A DNA stretch of 64,000 nucleotides from Macrostomum lignano (taxonomy: Eukaryota). A model generated the notes under the pieces. The model saw only the letters and a program-made list of their open reading frames with translations. It searched no databases and was not told the origin of the DNA. Shown here piece after piece: positions 1 to 13,009 of this stretch; position 1 is the stretch's first letter, and each line of letters begins with the position of its first letter. The stretch lies in NCBI GenBank assembly GCA_002269645.1, contig NIVC01001935.1, positions 124,001-188,000 of the forward strand. Direction: 5' to 3'. The position numbers and the translations under genes are program-made.

Positions 1-3000
1 TAAGCTGCTGATGACGCTGACTCCTGGGGCTGGTGCTGGTGCTGGGGCTGAGTCTGGTACTGCCGATGCTGACGCTGAGGCTGCTCAGAGAGCTGCCTGT
101 GCATTCGCATTCGTTGCGGCTCGAGTGTGGCTTCTGGCCAGAGCTGGTGCTGGTGCTGGTTGTGCTGCTGCTGCTGGTGCTGGAGAGGCATTGTAGCAAA
201 GTGCTGCTCACTGTCTGGATAAAGTAGAAGAGTCTGCGGCTGCTGCTGCTGCTGCTGAGACAGGTGGTGCCTCATTAGCGAGCTGGACTCGTGAACGAAC
301 TCATCTGGCTGGTCCGGCTGCTGCTGCTGCTGGTAGTGGTGGTGGCGGCGGCGGTGGTGGGACAGATATTCGTCAGGCGGGTGACTGCCCTGGGTGACGT
401 AGACATTCAGCTGCGGCCGCGGCTGCTGCGGCTGCTGGTGCAGCTGCGCCCTCTCGTAGGTGCCATATGGGGCTGCGGCAGCCAGCGGCGGGTGCTGCAC
501 CGTTAGATAGCCGAGATCCGCGTGCTGGAGCTGCTGCTGCGGCCGCGGCTGCTGGTTCAGCCGGTGAGCCGCCGGCCGCTGCTGCCTGGACGACTCGTTG
601 GTTGAGTGCGACCGGCTGAGCAGCTCCCGGCGGGGCCGCGAATTGATTGGCGTCATCGCCATGGCCATCCCGGTGCCGAGGTTCAGGCTGCTGTCCGGAT
701 CCATCGGCGGCAGCAGGGGCAGCGGCGGCTGTGGGTCGATGCCGGTCGAGCAGGTGTCCCTGGGGCCGATGCTGTAGTACCCCGGCATGTCGAGCTCGGC
801 TCTGTGGGGCTGCTGCGGCTGCTGCTGCTGCTGCGGCCTCTGCAGAGACGTTGACGGGAGCTGCGGCGGCAGAATCTGAGCGGAGGTGGACGTCTTCAGC
901 AGGTCCAGCTGCTTCTGCAGCTGCTTTACGGAGTCCCTGCAGGCGGCCAGGCGGCGCTTGTAGCAGCAGAAGGCAGCTGAAAATGCGATGCAGGCGGTCA
1001 GGGCGAGGGACAGAATCCAGGCGGCAGCCACCGCGCCCACGGTCGGGTAGGCCAGGCTGAGTTCGCTGGCGTCCAGCACTGCGGCCGAGGTGGTCAACTT
1101 CTCTTTTGGCGGCTCCTCGGTTGCCGGCAGCACAGCGTCTGGGGGCTCCCCTGACTTGCTGGCTGAGGGGCTGCAGACCTCGGCCTGCTCCAGATTGCCG
1201 CGGCAGTGGGTGGTCATCAGGGAGGACACGGGCGGCAGGGTGCACTTGCGGGTTCGGAAGCGCACCTTGTTTTTGCACGGGCCCCAGGCCGACCACTCGG
1301 AGAGGTCTGCAATGGGTTGGAGGGTTCGGCGTTACAGTCAGGCGGCCCGCTGAGGATGTCTATGGCCAAAAGATGGCCGGATCCTCTTCGACCCCGGGGT
1401 TTTTGCCGCAGACAGTCTTGGGTCGGGAAAAATATTCATTCAAATTTTGCATGTTCGCCAGTTGAAGAAGTCACCCTGGTAGGCTCACAGTCGCAGGGTT
1501 GAAGCGAGCACTCTCGCTCTTCGGCGCTCGCCTCCGCGGGGCAGTGCGCGGCGCTGCCCGCCTCGGACGGTCCCACCGGAGCTCCGTTCACCTGGCAGGT
1601 GCGCAGGCGCACTTGCTTGCCGGTACCGCAGCCCGCGCCGCCGCCGGTGCCCGGGTTCTGGCAGTCGCTCCAGCAGCCCCAGGCGCCCCATTCGGCTGTA
1701 TCCAGCGGAGAGAGAGAGGGGTGGGAGGGAAAGTCAGCGCGTGGGAAGTTCGCTTCCGGCATCAAAATCCCGAGTACTCATTTCCCAAAATTTAATCATG
1801 CTCACTGCAACTCCAGTGAAGGCACTCCAACCAGGCACTCCGACCCGGGCACTCCGACCCGGGCACTCCGACCCGGGCACTCCGACCCGGGCACTCCGAC
1901 CCAGGCACTCCGACCCAGGCACTCCGACTCAGGCACTCCGATCCAGGCACTCCGACCCGGGCACTCCAACCAGGCACCCAGGCACTCCGACCCAGGCACT
2001 CCGACCCAGGCACTCCGACCCAGGCACTCCGACCCAGGCACTCCGACCCAGGCACTCCGACCCAGGCACTCCGACCCAGGCACTCCGACCCAGGCACTCC
2101 GACCCAGGCACTCCGACCCAGGCACTCCGACCCAGGCACTCCGACCCAGGCACTCCGACCCAGGCACTCCGACCCAGGCACTCCGACCCAGGCACTCCGA
2201 CCCAGGCACTCCGACCCAGGCACTCCGACCCAGGCAGATCCGACCCAGGCACTCCGACCCAGGCACTCCGACCCAGGCACTCCGACCCAGGCACTCCGAC
2301 CCAGGCAGATCCGACCCAGGCACTCCGACCCAGGCACTCCGACCCAGGCACTCCGACCCAGGCACTCCGACCCAGGCACTCCGACCCAGGCACTCCGACC
2401 CAGGCACTCCGACCCAGGCACTCCGACCCAGGCACTCCGACCCAGGCACTCCGACCCAGGCACTCCGACCCAGGCACTCCGACCCAGGCACTCCGACCCA
2501 GGCACTCCGACCCAGGCACTCCGACCCAGGCACTCCGACCCAGGCACTCCGACCCAGGCACTCCGACCCAGGCACTCCGACCCAGGCACTCCGACCCAGG
2601 CACTCCGACCCAGGCACTCCGACCCAGGCACTCCGACCCAGGCACTCCGACCCAGGCACTCCGACCCAGGCACTCCGACCCAGGCACTCCGACCCAGGCA
2701 CTCCGACCCAGGCACTCCGACCCAGGCACTCCGACCCAGGCACTCCGACCCAGGCACTCCGACCCAGGCACTCCGACCCAGGCACTCCGACCCAGGCACT
2801 CCGACCCAGGCACTCCGACCCAGGCACTCCGACCCAGGCACTCCGACCCAGGCACTCCGACCCAGGCACTCCGACCCAGGCACTCCGACCCAGGCACTCC
2901 GACCCAGGCACTCCGACCCAGGCACTCCGACCCAGGCACTCCGACCCAGGCACTCCGACCCAGGCACTCCGACCCAGGCACTCCGACCCAGGCACTCCGA

Positions 3001-6000
3001 CCCAGGCACTCCGACCCAGGCACTCCGACCCAGGCACTCCGACCCAGGCACTCCGACCCAGGCACTCCGACCCAGGCACTCCGACCCAGGCACTCCGACC
3101 CAGGCAGATCCGACCCAGTCGACAGGGCTGTTGGGTGCAACTTTCGATCTGCTTGGCCTCGCCGCCGCTGCAGTAGCTGCCGGAGCCGCTGGGTGGTGGG
3201 TTGTCGCACTCTCGGTGCCGCTGCCGGAAGCCGCTCCCGCAGGAGCTGCTGCAGGCCGTCCAGCTGCTCCAGGCGCCCCAGTTCCCGTTGACGCTGACGC
3301 TGCTGGCGGCTGCAGAGGATGAGGCATCGTTTGAGTTGATGAAGAATTTTGAAATAGATTTGCGCCTACATACGAGCACTCCAGTGTCTGCGGGCTCACG
3401 TACGGTACGTTGACAGTCGACTGGGAGAAGTGGCGCCCCATTTCATTTGAGGGCGCGCCATTTCAGTTGAGGGCGCGCCATTTCATTTGAGGGCGCGCCA
3501 TTTCATTTGAGGGTGCGCCATTTCATTTGAGGGCGCGCCATTTCATTTGAGGGTGCGCCATTTCATTTGAGAGGGCGCCATTTCATTTGAGGGCGCGCCA
3601 TTTCATTTGAGAGGGCGCCATTTCGTTTAACAGGGCGCCATTTCATTTGACAGGGCGCCATTTTGTTTGAGGGGTGCCAGTTTTTTCAGGGGGCGCCATT
3701 GGAGCGGTTGAGACGTAAGAAGTCTAACTAACCGCAGCCAACTGCGCTTAACTTGTAGAGGGCACTGGTGGCTAGTGCAGCAATGACCGAAAGAATAAAA
3801 ACCCATTGCACAAGCGTCCTGAAGCCTGAGCACCCTCATCCGGGAAGCAGTGCAGGCTGTATATTTAATGGCCAGCATGGCCAATCTCATGCAGTTCATC
3901 GCGTTCTCAATAAATGGACTCGGCGGACGCGTAGGGCCCGGGCAGTCCACAATGAAGGAGGGAAAGCTTCTTTATTTACAGGCAATGTCTGCTAGCCTAG
4001 GCTGGCGCTGGGTTGGGCAGCCATTGTGAATGAACAGCTCTCAGTCCTGCCCTCCTGTCGCTATAAACAAGTGGCTGGGGCGGCCTCAGCGAGTGCGCGG
4101 TCGCCACGGCACCGAGAGATGCAGAGGGGGGGGGCTGCCTGCGCAAATGCAAAATTTGAGTTTGATAAAAAATATGAAAGGCTGTTGGCTGCAGGCAGCC
4201 TCTGAGCTGACCTCTGCTTGCTCGAGAGGGGCTTGCGCTCTGCATCTCTCTTTCTCTATGCTCGCTTTGAGCTGCTCGAATGCGTGAGCAATATTGGGAG
4301 GCAGGGAGAGCGCGCAAGTTGAAGGCTTTGACAAGAGAGCCAACGAAGGCACTTCTAAACCTTTTGTTTTTCTTCAGCCTGTCCCTGCCTGGTGCGCTGC
4401 AGCGGAGTTCTGTTTAACAGCAACAGAAAACACGTCAAGCAATTCAGCGCAAGTCATGTAACTGGGCCAGCTGGGTTGCTTTCGGGAAAAGGGGCCATTG
4501 GCGCCACAGTCACGCTTACCTTGAGAGGCGCACTGGGCTGCCGAATCGCACACCTGTGTCCGGTTGCTAAGGCTCAGCTTCACCCGGTACTCGCCGGATT
4601 CGGCTGCGTAGGCCCTGCAGTCCGCCACCATCTGCTGCCACACCGGCTGGTCTGTGGCTGAGCTGCGGTCCGCTGTTCGAATCCAGCCCGTCTGTTGCAC
4701 TTTTTGCACTGTTGGACAAAGATTTTAAATGGAGTTGCTATCATTTGCAATCGAAATGGCTTGGTACGGCTCGTAAACTCCACCTCACTCCCCGCCCATT
4801 CCTACCCCACCTCACTCCCCGCCCTTTCCTACCCCACCTCACTCCCCGCCCATTCCTACCCCCACCTCACTCCCCGCCCATTCCTACCCCACCTCACTCC
4901 CTGCCCATTCCTACCCCACCTCACTCCCTGCCCATTCCTACCCCCACCTCACTCCCTGCCCATTCCTACCCCACCTCACTCCCTGCTCATTTCTACCCCC
5001 ACCTCACTCCCTGCCCATTCCAACCCCCACCTCACTCCCCGCCCATTCCTACCCACACGACACTCTCCGCCCATTCCTACCCACACGACACTCCGCCCAT
5101 TCCTACCCACACGACACTCTCCGCCCATTCCTACCCCCAACTCCACCCCTGCCCCAAACCATGCGTCTCTCACCAGCCAGACAGGGCGCCGTATTGCAGT
5201 CGCGCCATTCCTTGGAGTCGCCAACGCAGGGCAGGCCGCCGTTCACCGGCTCCCGGCAGAACCGGACTCGCTTTGACTGGCCGCCGCCGCAAAGCCGACT
5301 GCAGCTGCTCCACTCGCTCCATGGGCTCCACGTGCCGTTCACTGGCAGGTGCACGTCTGGATTAATTTGTTGATGCACCATTGAAAGTTTTCGATAATTT
5401 CCTTCATTCGAAATTTAGTGGGTCATAATGGGGTGGAAGGGTCATGATGTCTTGATTTGTCGCTTATCGCCCTGATGGGTAATTAACTCTGACCCAACCA
5501 AAGATCCGTCAGGCTGTTACAATTAAATTAAACAGGAGCTTTCAAATGATCCCAGGCTCGCAGCAGTTTGGCCCGCTCCAGATGAATAAATAAACAAACT
5601 GGGCTCCGAGAAGGCCGCGAGACGGCAGAAGCAATAAAACGACAAAAAGCAGCAGCCAGTGGACAATGGGCGCTGATCTGCCAGCCAAGCAGAAGACAAT
5701 GGCGGTCCTCGCCTTCGCTTCTGCCCGCTGTCTCGATTATAATAAAAAACCAAGAACAGAACAGTAAAAACTGGCATTTGGCGAGGCGTGCGTGACATCA
5801 GCAGCTGCTCTTAAACCTGCCGAGTGAAACTCGGATGGCAGGCCTCTGAGCGCCTCTCGCCCGAGCTCAAGCTTTTTTTACAACTGCACTTGAGACAATT
5901 ACTGCATCCGAAGTTTCAATCGAACTGTTGGATCTGGTGCTACAAATTATTCACAATTGTACACTTTCATCCCAGCTCATCCCAGCTCATTCCAGCTCAT

Positions 6001-9000
6001 CCCAGCTCATCCCAGCTCATCCCAGCTCATTCCAGCTCATCCCAGCTCATTCCAGCTCATCCCAGCTCATCCCAGCTCATCCCAGCTCACCCCAGCTCAT
6101 TCCAGCTCATCCCAGCTCATCCCAGCTCATCCCAGCTCATCCCAGCTCATCCCAGCTCATCCCAGCTCATCCCAGCTCATCCCAGCTCATCTCAGCTCAT
6201 CCCAGCTCATCCCAGCTCATCCCAGCTCATCTCAGCTCATCCCAGCTCATCCCAGCTCATCCCACATTATCCCAAATTATCCTCATCTCATCGCACCTTT
6301 GCAGTCGGGCACGTCGCAAACCTCCGTCTGGCCGGGTGGCCCCTCGCACGGAGCACCGCCGTGGGCTGGCCGCGGCTGCGAGCAGGTCCGGGTTCGCTCC
6401 CGAGTGTCCGGCCGGCCCCGGGATGCTCGGCAGGTCGGGCAGGAGCTCCAAGCGTCCCAGGCGCTCCAGCCGCCATCAACGAGCAGTTGGCTGTCTGCAC
6501 CTCGCTGAGCAGATCGTGGAATTTCCCGCACTGCCTGCCGCCGTTGTTGGGCGCCGGATTGTCGCAGAGCCGCAGGCGGCACTGACAGACGCTGCCACTG
6601 CCACCGCCGCTGCCTCTTGGCGGCTGGCACCGCTGCCAGGGGCGCCAGTCGGACCAGCCGCCGTCGATGGGCACGCTGCGGTCCGGGCAGACGCGGCCGT
6701 GCTGCGGGCTGATGTCCTGCTCCCACTGGTCAGTGTTGGCCGGCCGCACGGTGCAGGCGAAGGCGGCGCGGTTCCAGCCGCAGTGCGGGTCCCTGGCAGC
6801 CAGGCAGGAGGTCCGCAGAGCGTGGCGGCCGCAGCGGCTGGTGGGGAGTCGCAGCACGCGGCTGCTGGTGGACACGATTAGGTGCTCGCCCGTCTGCGTC
6901 AGCTGGATGTCGTTGATGCGCCCGTCCAGACTCTTGTCCAGCTGCATCTCCTCGAGGACGCAGCGGCTGCCAGCTGACAGAATGATCTTCTTTATCGAAT
7001 CCGACTCGGTGACCACGAAGGCCACGGTGTGCTGGAAGTCCGGCTGGCTGCTGGGCACGCGGGTCACCAGCAGGCGGCGCCAGTTCTCCCTGCCGGCCGC
7101 CAAAGGCTCGTTGGTGTCCTGGATGACCCGCGCGGATTTGAGGAAGTAGAACCGGTTGTTGCTGGTGTAGGTGGCGATCTCGTCTTGCCGAAGCCTCAGG
7201 TTTGAGCACTGCAAGGTTCAAAGTTCGGCAAGTTAGCGACTGGCGGCACCGCCACTTGCTCTTCCTCCCCTGTTCTACTAATTGCTCTACTCTTGTTCTA
7301 CTTTTTGCTCTACCTGCAGCCGCACTCACATCCGATCTGTTGTAGCGGTCTCTGGCGTCAGTGAAATAGGCGTAAGGCACGTCGCCCTTCCGATAGTCCC
7401 AGTGCTTGATTCGGACTGTCTGGTCGCCAAACACTTTGTTGAATGTCGAAATCGGGAAGCCGCAGATTGCGCTGGCCTTGATGCCGCTTCTGAAATTTTA
7501 AAGTACATGTACGAGTGCACTTGGAGGACTCGACAGTAAATGATAAAATAATGATGATCCGCGTGTCCCAGGTCTCACTTTGCCGCGGTGAACAGCCCGT
7601 AGATGTGCGTGTCCGTCACGTAGGTGTCCTGCAGCAGGTCGTAGTAGAAGGCGGAGCTCTCCTCGTCCCCGGGACCGTCCGGCCGCACCCAATTGCCGCC
7701 CTGGGCGCAGATCAGGCGGCTCTTGGAGAAGGACAGCCAGTAGAAGCCGTAGCCGGGGTCAGACTTGCACATGCGGGCCACGCGGCTGATTATGCGCTGG
7801 GGTGGGGCAGAAGGGGACGGAGAGGTGGTGTACATTGGAGCGGCAATGTACACGAGAGAGGCGGGCAGTATACATTCTAAGTCACGTATCACTTCTTTTA
7901 AGAGTGACCTTGGGAATCTCGCGGTGCGTTTGTCGCTACTGGCTCAGAAAAAACACGTGACCAGAATTGCCCTATTGTTATAAATAGAAAAGGTTCGACT
8001 GCTAAACTCAGAACAAGAAAACTTACTTGCGATTTCGCGCCGCAGGTGGACATTTCTTCGAAGTTTTCTTGGAAGAAGTAATACGCGTAGTCTCCGATGA
8101 TGTGGACGCTGATGAACTTTGCCGGCTCTGCGAATACACCAGGGCAATTAGGCGTGCTCGAATCTTATTTTCGAATCTTAGATTCACGGCATGACATGCA
8201 AAAGTACATTCATGCTACTCGCATATTCAACTCACGATAGATCGGTTTCAAGGTCCGAGACTGTTGCACTTCGTTGCTTGTTCTCACCGCTGGCTCGTCA
8301 GTGCTCAGACTGGACCGATACAGGGCCGGGTCAGTGCCGCTGGTCAGGTAGGCCCCGATGTACACATTCCTGTCCTCCATGGTCATGGCCTTCGCCAGGC
8401 GGTTGTCCGTGTTGCCCAGCTGTACACCGAAGGAATCCAGCGAGTGGTCCGGCTGCATCACCTGGCGCAGCGAGCAGTTGAATCGGCCGTCCACGGTGCC
8501 GCAGACCAGCAGCTTCTCCTTGCTGATGAGCAGTTCGAACACGTGATTGTTGGAGCAGTCAGTCTGCGGTTGGGTGGGGGAGACTTCTTGCGGATTCTGA
8601 GCTGATTCTGAGTTCTGGCGAACACAGGGCCTGACAATATTATTCCATGTCAAACAAGGAGATTCTCGTGTCTAACACGGAGATTCTCGTGTCTAACACG
8701 GAGATTCTCGTGTCTAACAAGGAGATTATCAGGTCTAACACGGAGATTCTCGTGTCTAACAAGGAGATTCTCGTGTCTAACAAGGAGATTATCAGGTCTA
8801 ACAAGGAGATTATCAGGTCTAACAAGGAGATTCTCGTGTCTAACAAGGAGATTCTCGTGTCTAACAAGGAGATTCTCGTGTCTATCAAGGAGATTCTCGT
8901 GTCTAACAAGGAGATTCTCGTGTCTAACAAGGAGATTCTCGTGTCTAACAAGGAGATTCTCGTGTCTAACAAGGAGATTATCAAGTCTAACAAGGAGATT

Positions 9001-12000
9001 ATCAGGTCTAACAAGGGGATTCGCGTGAACCAATAGTGCTAAGATAGTATATTTATACTTAAAAGCTTTTGTGAGTCGCGATTCAATATACCATGATTCA
9101 ATTGACCAGTCCACCTACCATTGAGATGCCCCTGATGTGGCACTGCTGCAGCAGGGTCTTATCCGTTGTGCCGGTCGACCAGGTGACTCGCTTTTCCAAC
9201 TCAAACGGTTCCAGGGACAGGCGGACCACCTGATTTCTGCGAAGGTGTCAATCAACTCGATTTCATTAGATTAAATTGCTTTTCAAAATCATATAACTTG
9301 CAAAATCGATCATCTAATCCAGCAAACAGTCAGAAATGAACTCACTGAGCGGCCACGTAGACAAACCGGACATTTTTGTTCTGCGGCACCGCGATGCGGC
9401 TGAAGTTCCGCAGGCCGTCCTGGGAAAAAGCGGAGCCCAGCTTGGCCTCGACCAGGCCTGCAAGTCAAGGCAGAGCTCGCGTCTGGGTCACAAGTCTTGC
9501 GATAAGGGGGTTCGAACCCCGGACTCCGAACCCCAAGGGGCGCCAGTGTCCTGGTGAGCACCCCTGTCTCTTGGTGAGCACCCCTGTCTCTTGGTGAGCA
9601 CCCCTGTCTCTTGGTGAGCACCCATGTCTCTTTAGTGAGCAGCCCTGTCTCTTGGTGAGCACCCATGTCTCTTGGTGAGCACCCATGTCTCTTTGGTGAG
9701 CAGCCCTGTCTCTTGGTGAGCACCCATGTCTCTTTGGTGAGCAGCCATGTCGCTTGGTGAGCACCCCTGTCTCTTGGTGAGCAGCCCTGTCTCTTGGTGA
9801 GCAGCCCTGTCTCTTGGTGAGCAGCCCTGTCTCTTGGTGAGCAGCCCTGTCTCTTGGTGAGCAGCCCTGTCTCTTGGTGAGCACCCATGTCTCTTTGGTG
9901 AGCAGCCATGTCGCTTGGTGAGCACCCCTGTCTCTTGGTGAGCACCCCTATCTCTTGGTGAGCACCCCTGTCTCTTGGTGAGCAGCCCTGTCTCTTGGTG
10001 AGCACCCATGTCTCTTGGTGAGCAGCCCTGTCTCTTGGTGAGCAGCCCTGTCTCTTGGTGAGCAGCCCTGTCTCTTGGTGAGCAGCCCTGTCTCTTGGTG
10101 AGCAGCCCTGTCTCTTGGTGAGCAGCCCTGTCTCTTGGTGAGCACCCATGTCTCTTTGGTGAGCAGCCATGTCGCTTGGTGAGCACCCCTGTCTCTTGGT
10201 GAGCACCCCTATCTCTTGGTGAGCACCCCTGTCTCTTGGTGAGCAGCCCTGTCTCTTGGTGAGCACCCCTGTCTCTTGGTGAGCAGCCCTGTCTCTTGGT
10301 GAGCACCCATGTCTCTTGGTGAGCAGCCCTGTCTCTTGGTGAGCACCTCTGTCTCTTGGTGAGCAGCCCTGTCTCTTGGTGAGCACCCCTGTCTCTTGGT
10401 GAGCAGCCCTGTCTCTTGGTGAGCACCCATGTCTCTTGGTGAGCAGCCCTGTCTCTTGGTGAGCACCTCTGTCTCTTGGTGAGCACCCCTGTCTCTTGGT
10501 GAGCACCCATGTCTCTTGGTGAGCAGCCCTGTCTCTTGGTGAGCACCCCTATCTCTTGGTGAGCACCCCTGTCTCTTGGTGAGCACCCATGTCTCTTTGG
10601 TGAGCAGCCATGTCGCTTGGTGAGCACCCCTGTCTCTTGGTGAGCACCCCTATCTCTTGGTGAGCACCCCTGTCTCTTGGTGAGCACCCCTGTCTCTTGG
10701 TGAGCACCCATGTCTCTTTAGTGAGCAGCCCTGTCTCTTGGTGAGCACCTCTGTCTCTTGGTGAGCAGCCCTGTCTCTTGGTGAGCAGCCCTGTCTCTTG
10801 GTGAGCACCTCTGTCTCTTGGTGAGGGCCCATGTCTCTTGGTGAGCAGCCCTGTCTCTTGGTGAGCGGCCCTGTCTCTTGGTGAGCACCTCTGTCTCTTG
10901 GTGAGGGCCCATGTCTCTTGGTGAGCAGCCCTGTCTCTTGGTGAGCACCTCTGTCTCTTGGTGAGCACCCATGTCTCTTGTTGAGCGCCCCTGTCTCTTG
11001 GTGAGCACTCCTGTCTTTTGGTGAGCACCCATGTCTCTTGTTGAGCGCCCCTGTCTCTTGGTGAGCACCCATGTCTCTTGTTGAGCGCCCCTGTCTCTTG
11101 GTGAGCACTCCTGTCTTTTGGTGAGGCCCTTCTCTTTAGAGGGGGCAAAAGTTGAGTTTCTGCCATTCGTTTCTGAAAAGAGCGCCATATTCAACATTTA
11201 TCGATCTGGAGGGGGCGCAGTCCTCAGGCCCCCTCTGCGTGCGTGCCAACAGTAAAAGTTTGCAGTCAACCAACTGCAAAACCACAGCCAGCCAGTTTGG
11301 CAAAAAGAGCAGCGCAAGACGCCTGAAAAGGGCAAAGCTGACTGCCCGCCACCTGCTAAAGCCTCAGCGAAAGAAGCGTGACAGAAGCGAACCGAGCTGA
11401 GCCCAACACCCCCACTCTGCAGCATAAATTATGGCTCATGCCTGAGCTCGCGGCCTTAAGAAGCCAAGCGTGAATACGGGAGGGGGGGTAGGGGTTGGGC
11501 GCAGAGCTCCAAGCCTTGCCTTGCCAGTCTTGCTTTTGCTTGAGCATCTTCTAGTTTTTGGGGGCAGTGCGAGGCGGCCCCACCCTTCCTCCCCGCTGTT
11601 GCACCGCAGCAGCACAGCCAGAGAGGCTGGCCGCACAAAAGAAAGATAGCTATTGCCCCAGCTGCTCTCAGGGACACCAAGCCGTCAGTGTTGGCTCTCC
11701 CTGCGCCTGCCTGATAGCCAACAATGGCTGGCACTTTGGCTGCAGAACTTTCAAAATAAGCCAAGAGGTTGCTTGGGGTCACAGAGCTGCACCTCTTACT
11801 GCTGGGCCTAAAATTGCTTGCGCGCAGGAAATCTTGCAATGTGTCAGCTTGCAGCCTGCCCTATATTGGCTAAGGGAAGTACTGATTTAAAAATTGCTTT
11901 TTTTAACTGCTTTAGTCTCTTTGCAGTTCCGCGTCTGACCCTTTCCGTCTTCTTTCCCTGCGTCCTTGTGTCCGCTACCTGCTCTCCCTGCATCTTTTTG

Positions 12001-12736
12001 TCTGCTCCCTGCTCTCCCTGCATCTTTGTGTCTGCTCCCTGCTCTTCCTGCATCTTTTTGTCTGCTCCCTGCTCTCCCTGCATCTTTATGTCCGCTCCCT
12101 GCTCTCCCTGCATCTTTGTGTCCACACCTGCTCTTCCTGTATCTTTGTGTCCGCTCCCTGCCCTCCCTGCATCTTTGTGTCTGCTCCCTGCTCTTCCTGC
12201 ATCTTTGTGTCCGCTCCCTGCCCTCCCTGCATCTTTGTGTCTGCTCCCTGCTCTTCCTGCATCTTTGTGTCTGCTCCCTGCCCTCCCTGCATCTCCAAGG
12301 CCGCACCCTGCCCTCCCTGCATCTCCAAGGCCGCACCCTGCCCTCCCTGCATCTCCAAGGCCGCACCCTGCCCTCCCTGCATCTCCAAGGCCGCACCCTG
12401 CCCTCCCTGCATCTCCAAGGCCGCACCCTGCCCTCCCTGCATCTCCAAGGCCGCACCCTGCCCTCCCTGCATCTCCAAGGCCGCACCTTGCCCTCCGTGC
12501 ATCTCCAAGGCCGTACCCTGCCCTCCCTGCATCTCCAAGGCCACACCCTGCCCTCCCTGCATCTCCAAGGCCGCACCCTGCACGCTGGTCACAAAGGCGG
12601 GCGCGTCGCTGTCCATCTCGGCGCCGGGGCCCGCGGCCCGGGTGATGTCATCAGCAGAGGTGCCGGCCGGAGCCAGAAGGCCGCCGACCGCAAGCAGAAA
12701 GGCGAGAATGTGGAGTTTGGGTAATTTTTCCTTCAT
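1..12736 (-). CDS. SEMA5: Semaphorin-5-like: signal peptide, Sema, PSI, thrombospondin-1 repeats, TM helix, Gln-rich tail; 13 coding exons; 1-bp frameshift near 6481; stop codon at or just past the window edge
   Basis: Exons with GT-AG boundaries and matching phases: 12577-12736 (MKEKLPKLHILAFLLAVGGLLA), 9346-9457, 9119-9236, 8236-8563, 8027-8127, 7579-7796 (RVARMCKSD), 7330-7489, 6297-7208 (PSI CLAARDPHCGW plus two TSP1), 5174-5356, 4520-4708 (degenerate TSP-like), 3115-3309, 1489-1695, 1-1306 (TSP, TM VGAVAAAWILSLALTACIAFSAAFCC, tail). The Sema+PSI+TSP1+TM architecture is diagnostic of class 5 semaphorins. Confidence 0.92.
1830..3114. repeat. 14-bp minisatellite (CAGGCACTCCGACC), ~90 copies, SEMA5 intron
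   Basis: Near-perfect tandem array abutting the exon at 3115. Confidence 0.98.
3435..3700. repeat. 20-bp minisatellite (GGGCGCGCCATTTCATTTGA)
   Basis: About 12 tandem units. Confidence 0.95.
4783..5145. repeat. ~26-bp C-rich minisatellite (CCCCACCTCACTCCCCGCCCATTCCTA-like)
   Basis: Degenerate tandem units. Confidence 0.9.
5968..6263. repeat. 10-bp minisatellite (CCCAGCTCAT)
   Basis: About 29 tandem units. Confidence 0.97.
8652..9015. repeat. 21-bp minisatellite (AACAAGGAGATTCTCGTGTCT)
   Basis: About 17 tandem units. Confidence 0.96.
9550..11125. repeat. 20/21-bp minisatellite (GAGCACCCCTGTCTCTTGGT)
   Basis: About 78 units with several variant types. Confidence 0.97.
11950..12580. repeat. 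30-bp minisatellite with two subtypes, anchored on the SEMA5 exon-1 donor
   Basis: Units CCGCACCCTGCCCTCCCTGCATCTCCAAGG grading into TCTGCTCCCTGCTCTCCCTGCATCTTTGTG. Confidence 0.96.
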
Positions 12737-13009
12737 CTTTGTTGCCGACTGTCAGCTTCCATTCTGTGCCGCTGGTGTCGGATCGCATTACCACCGGGCC
12801 GTTCACATGTGGGCTGCTGCAGCTGGGCAGGTGGTGAGCGCTCGGCCTGAAACTTGCAGAACCTGTCTTCGACTGCCTGAACGAGAAATGGGATTGAATG
12901 AGGCAATTTATTAACTACCAAAGATTCTTCCTCGGCTCAGCCGCACACCGACATTTTCCACAATAACTTTTTCTGCAGAAAACTCTACAATTAATAATAA
13001 TTCTGTTTT

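Noticed and set aside
1599-3441. Several 400-550-aa ORFs over the 14-bp array
   Set aside because: Stop-free tandem repeat open in most frames; only the TSP exon at 3115-3309 is protein-like.
4086-4352. Possible extra SEMA5 exon
   Set aside because: No TSP signature, and the flanking exons already join in phase.
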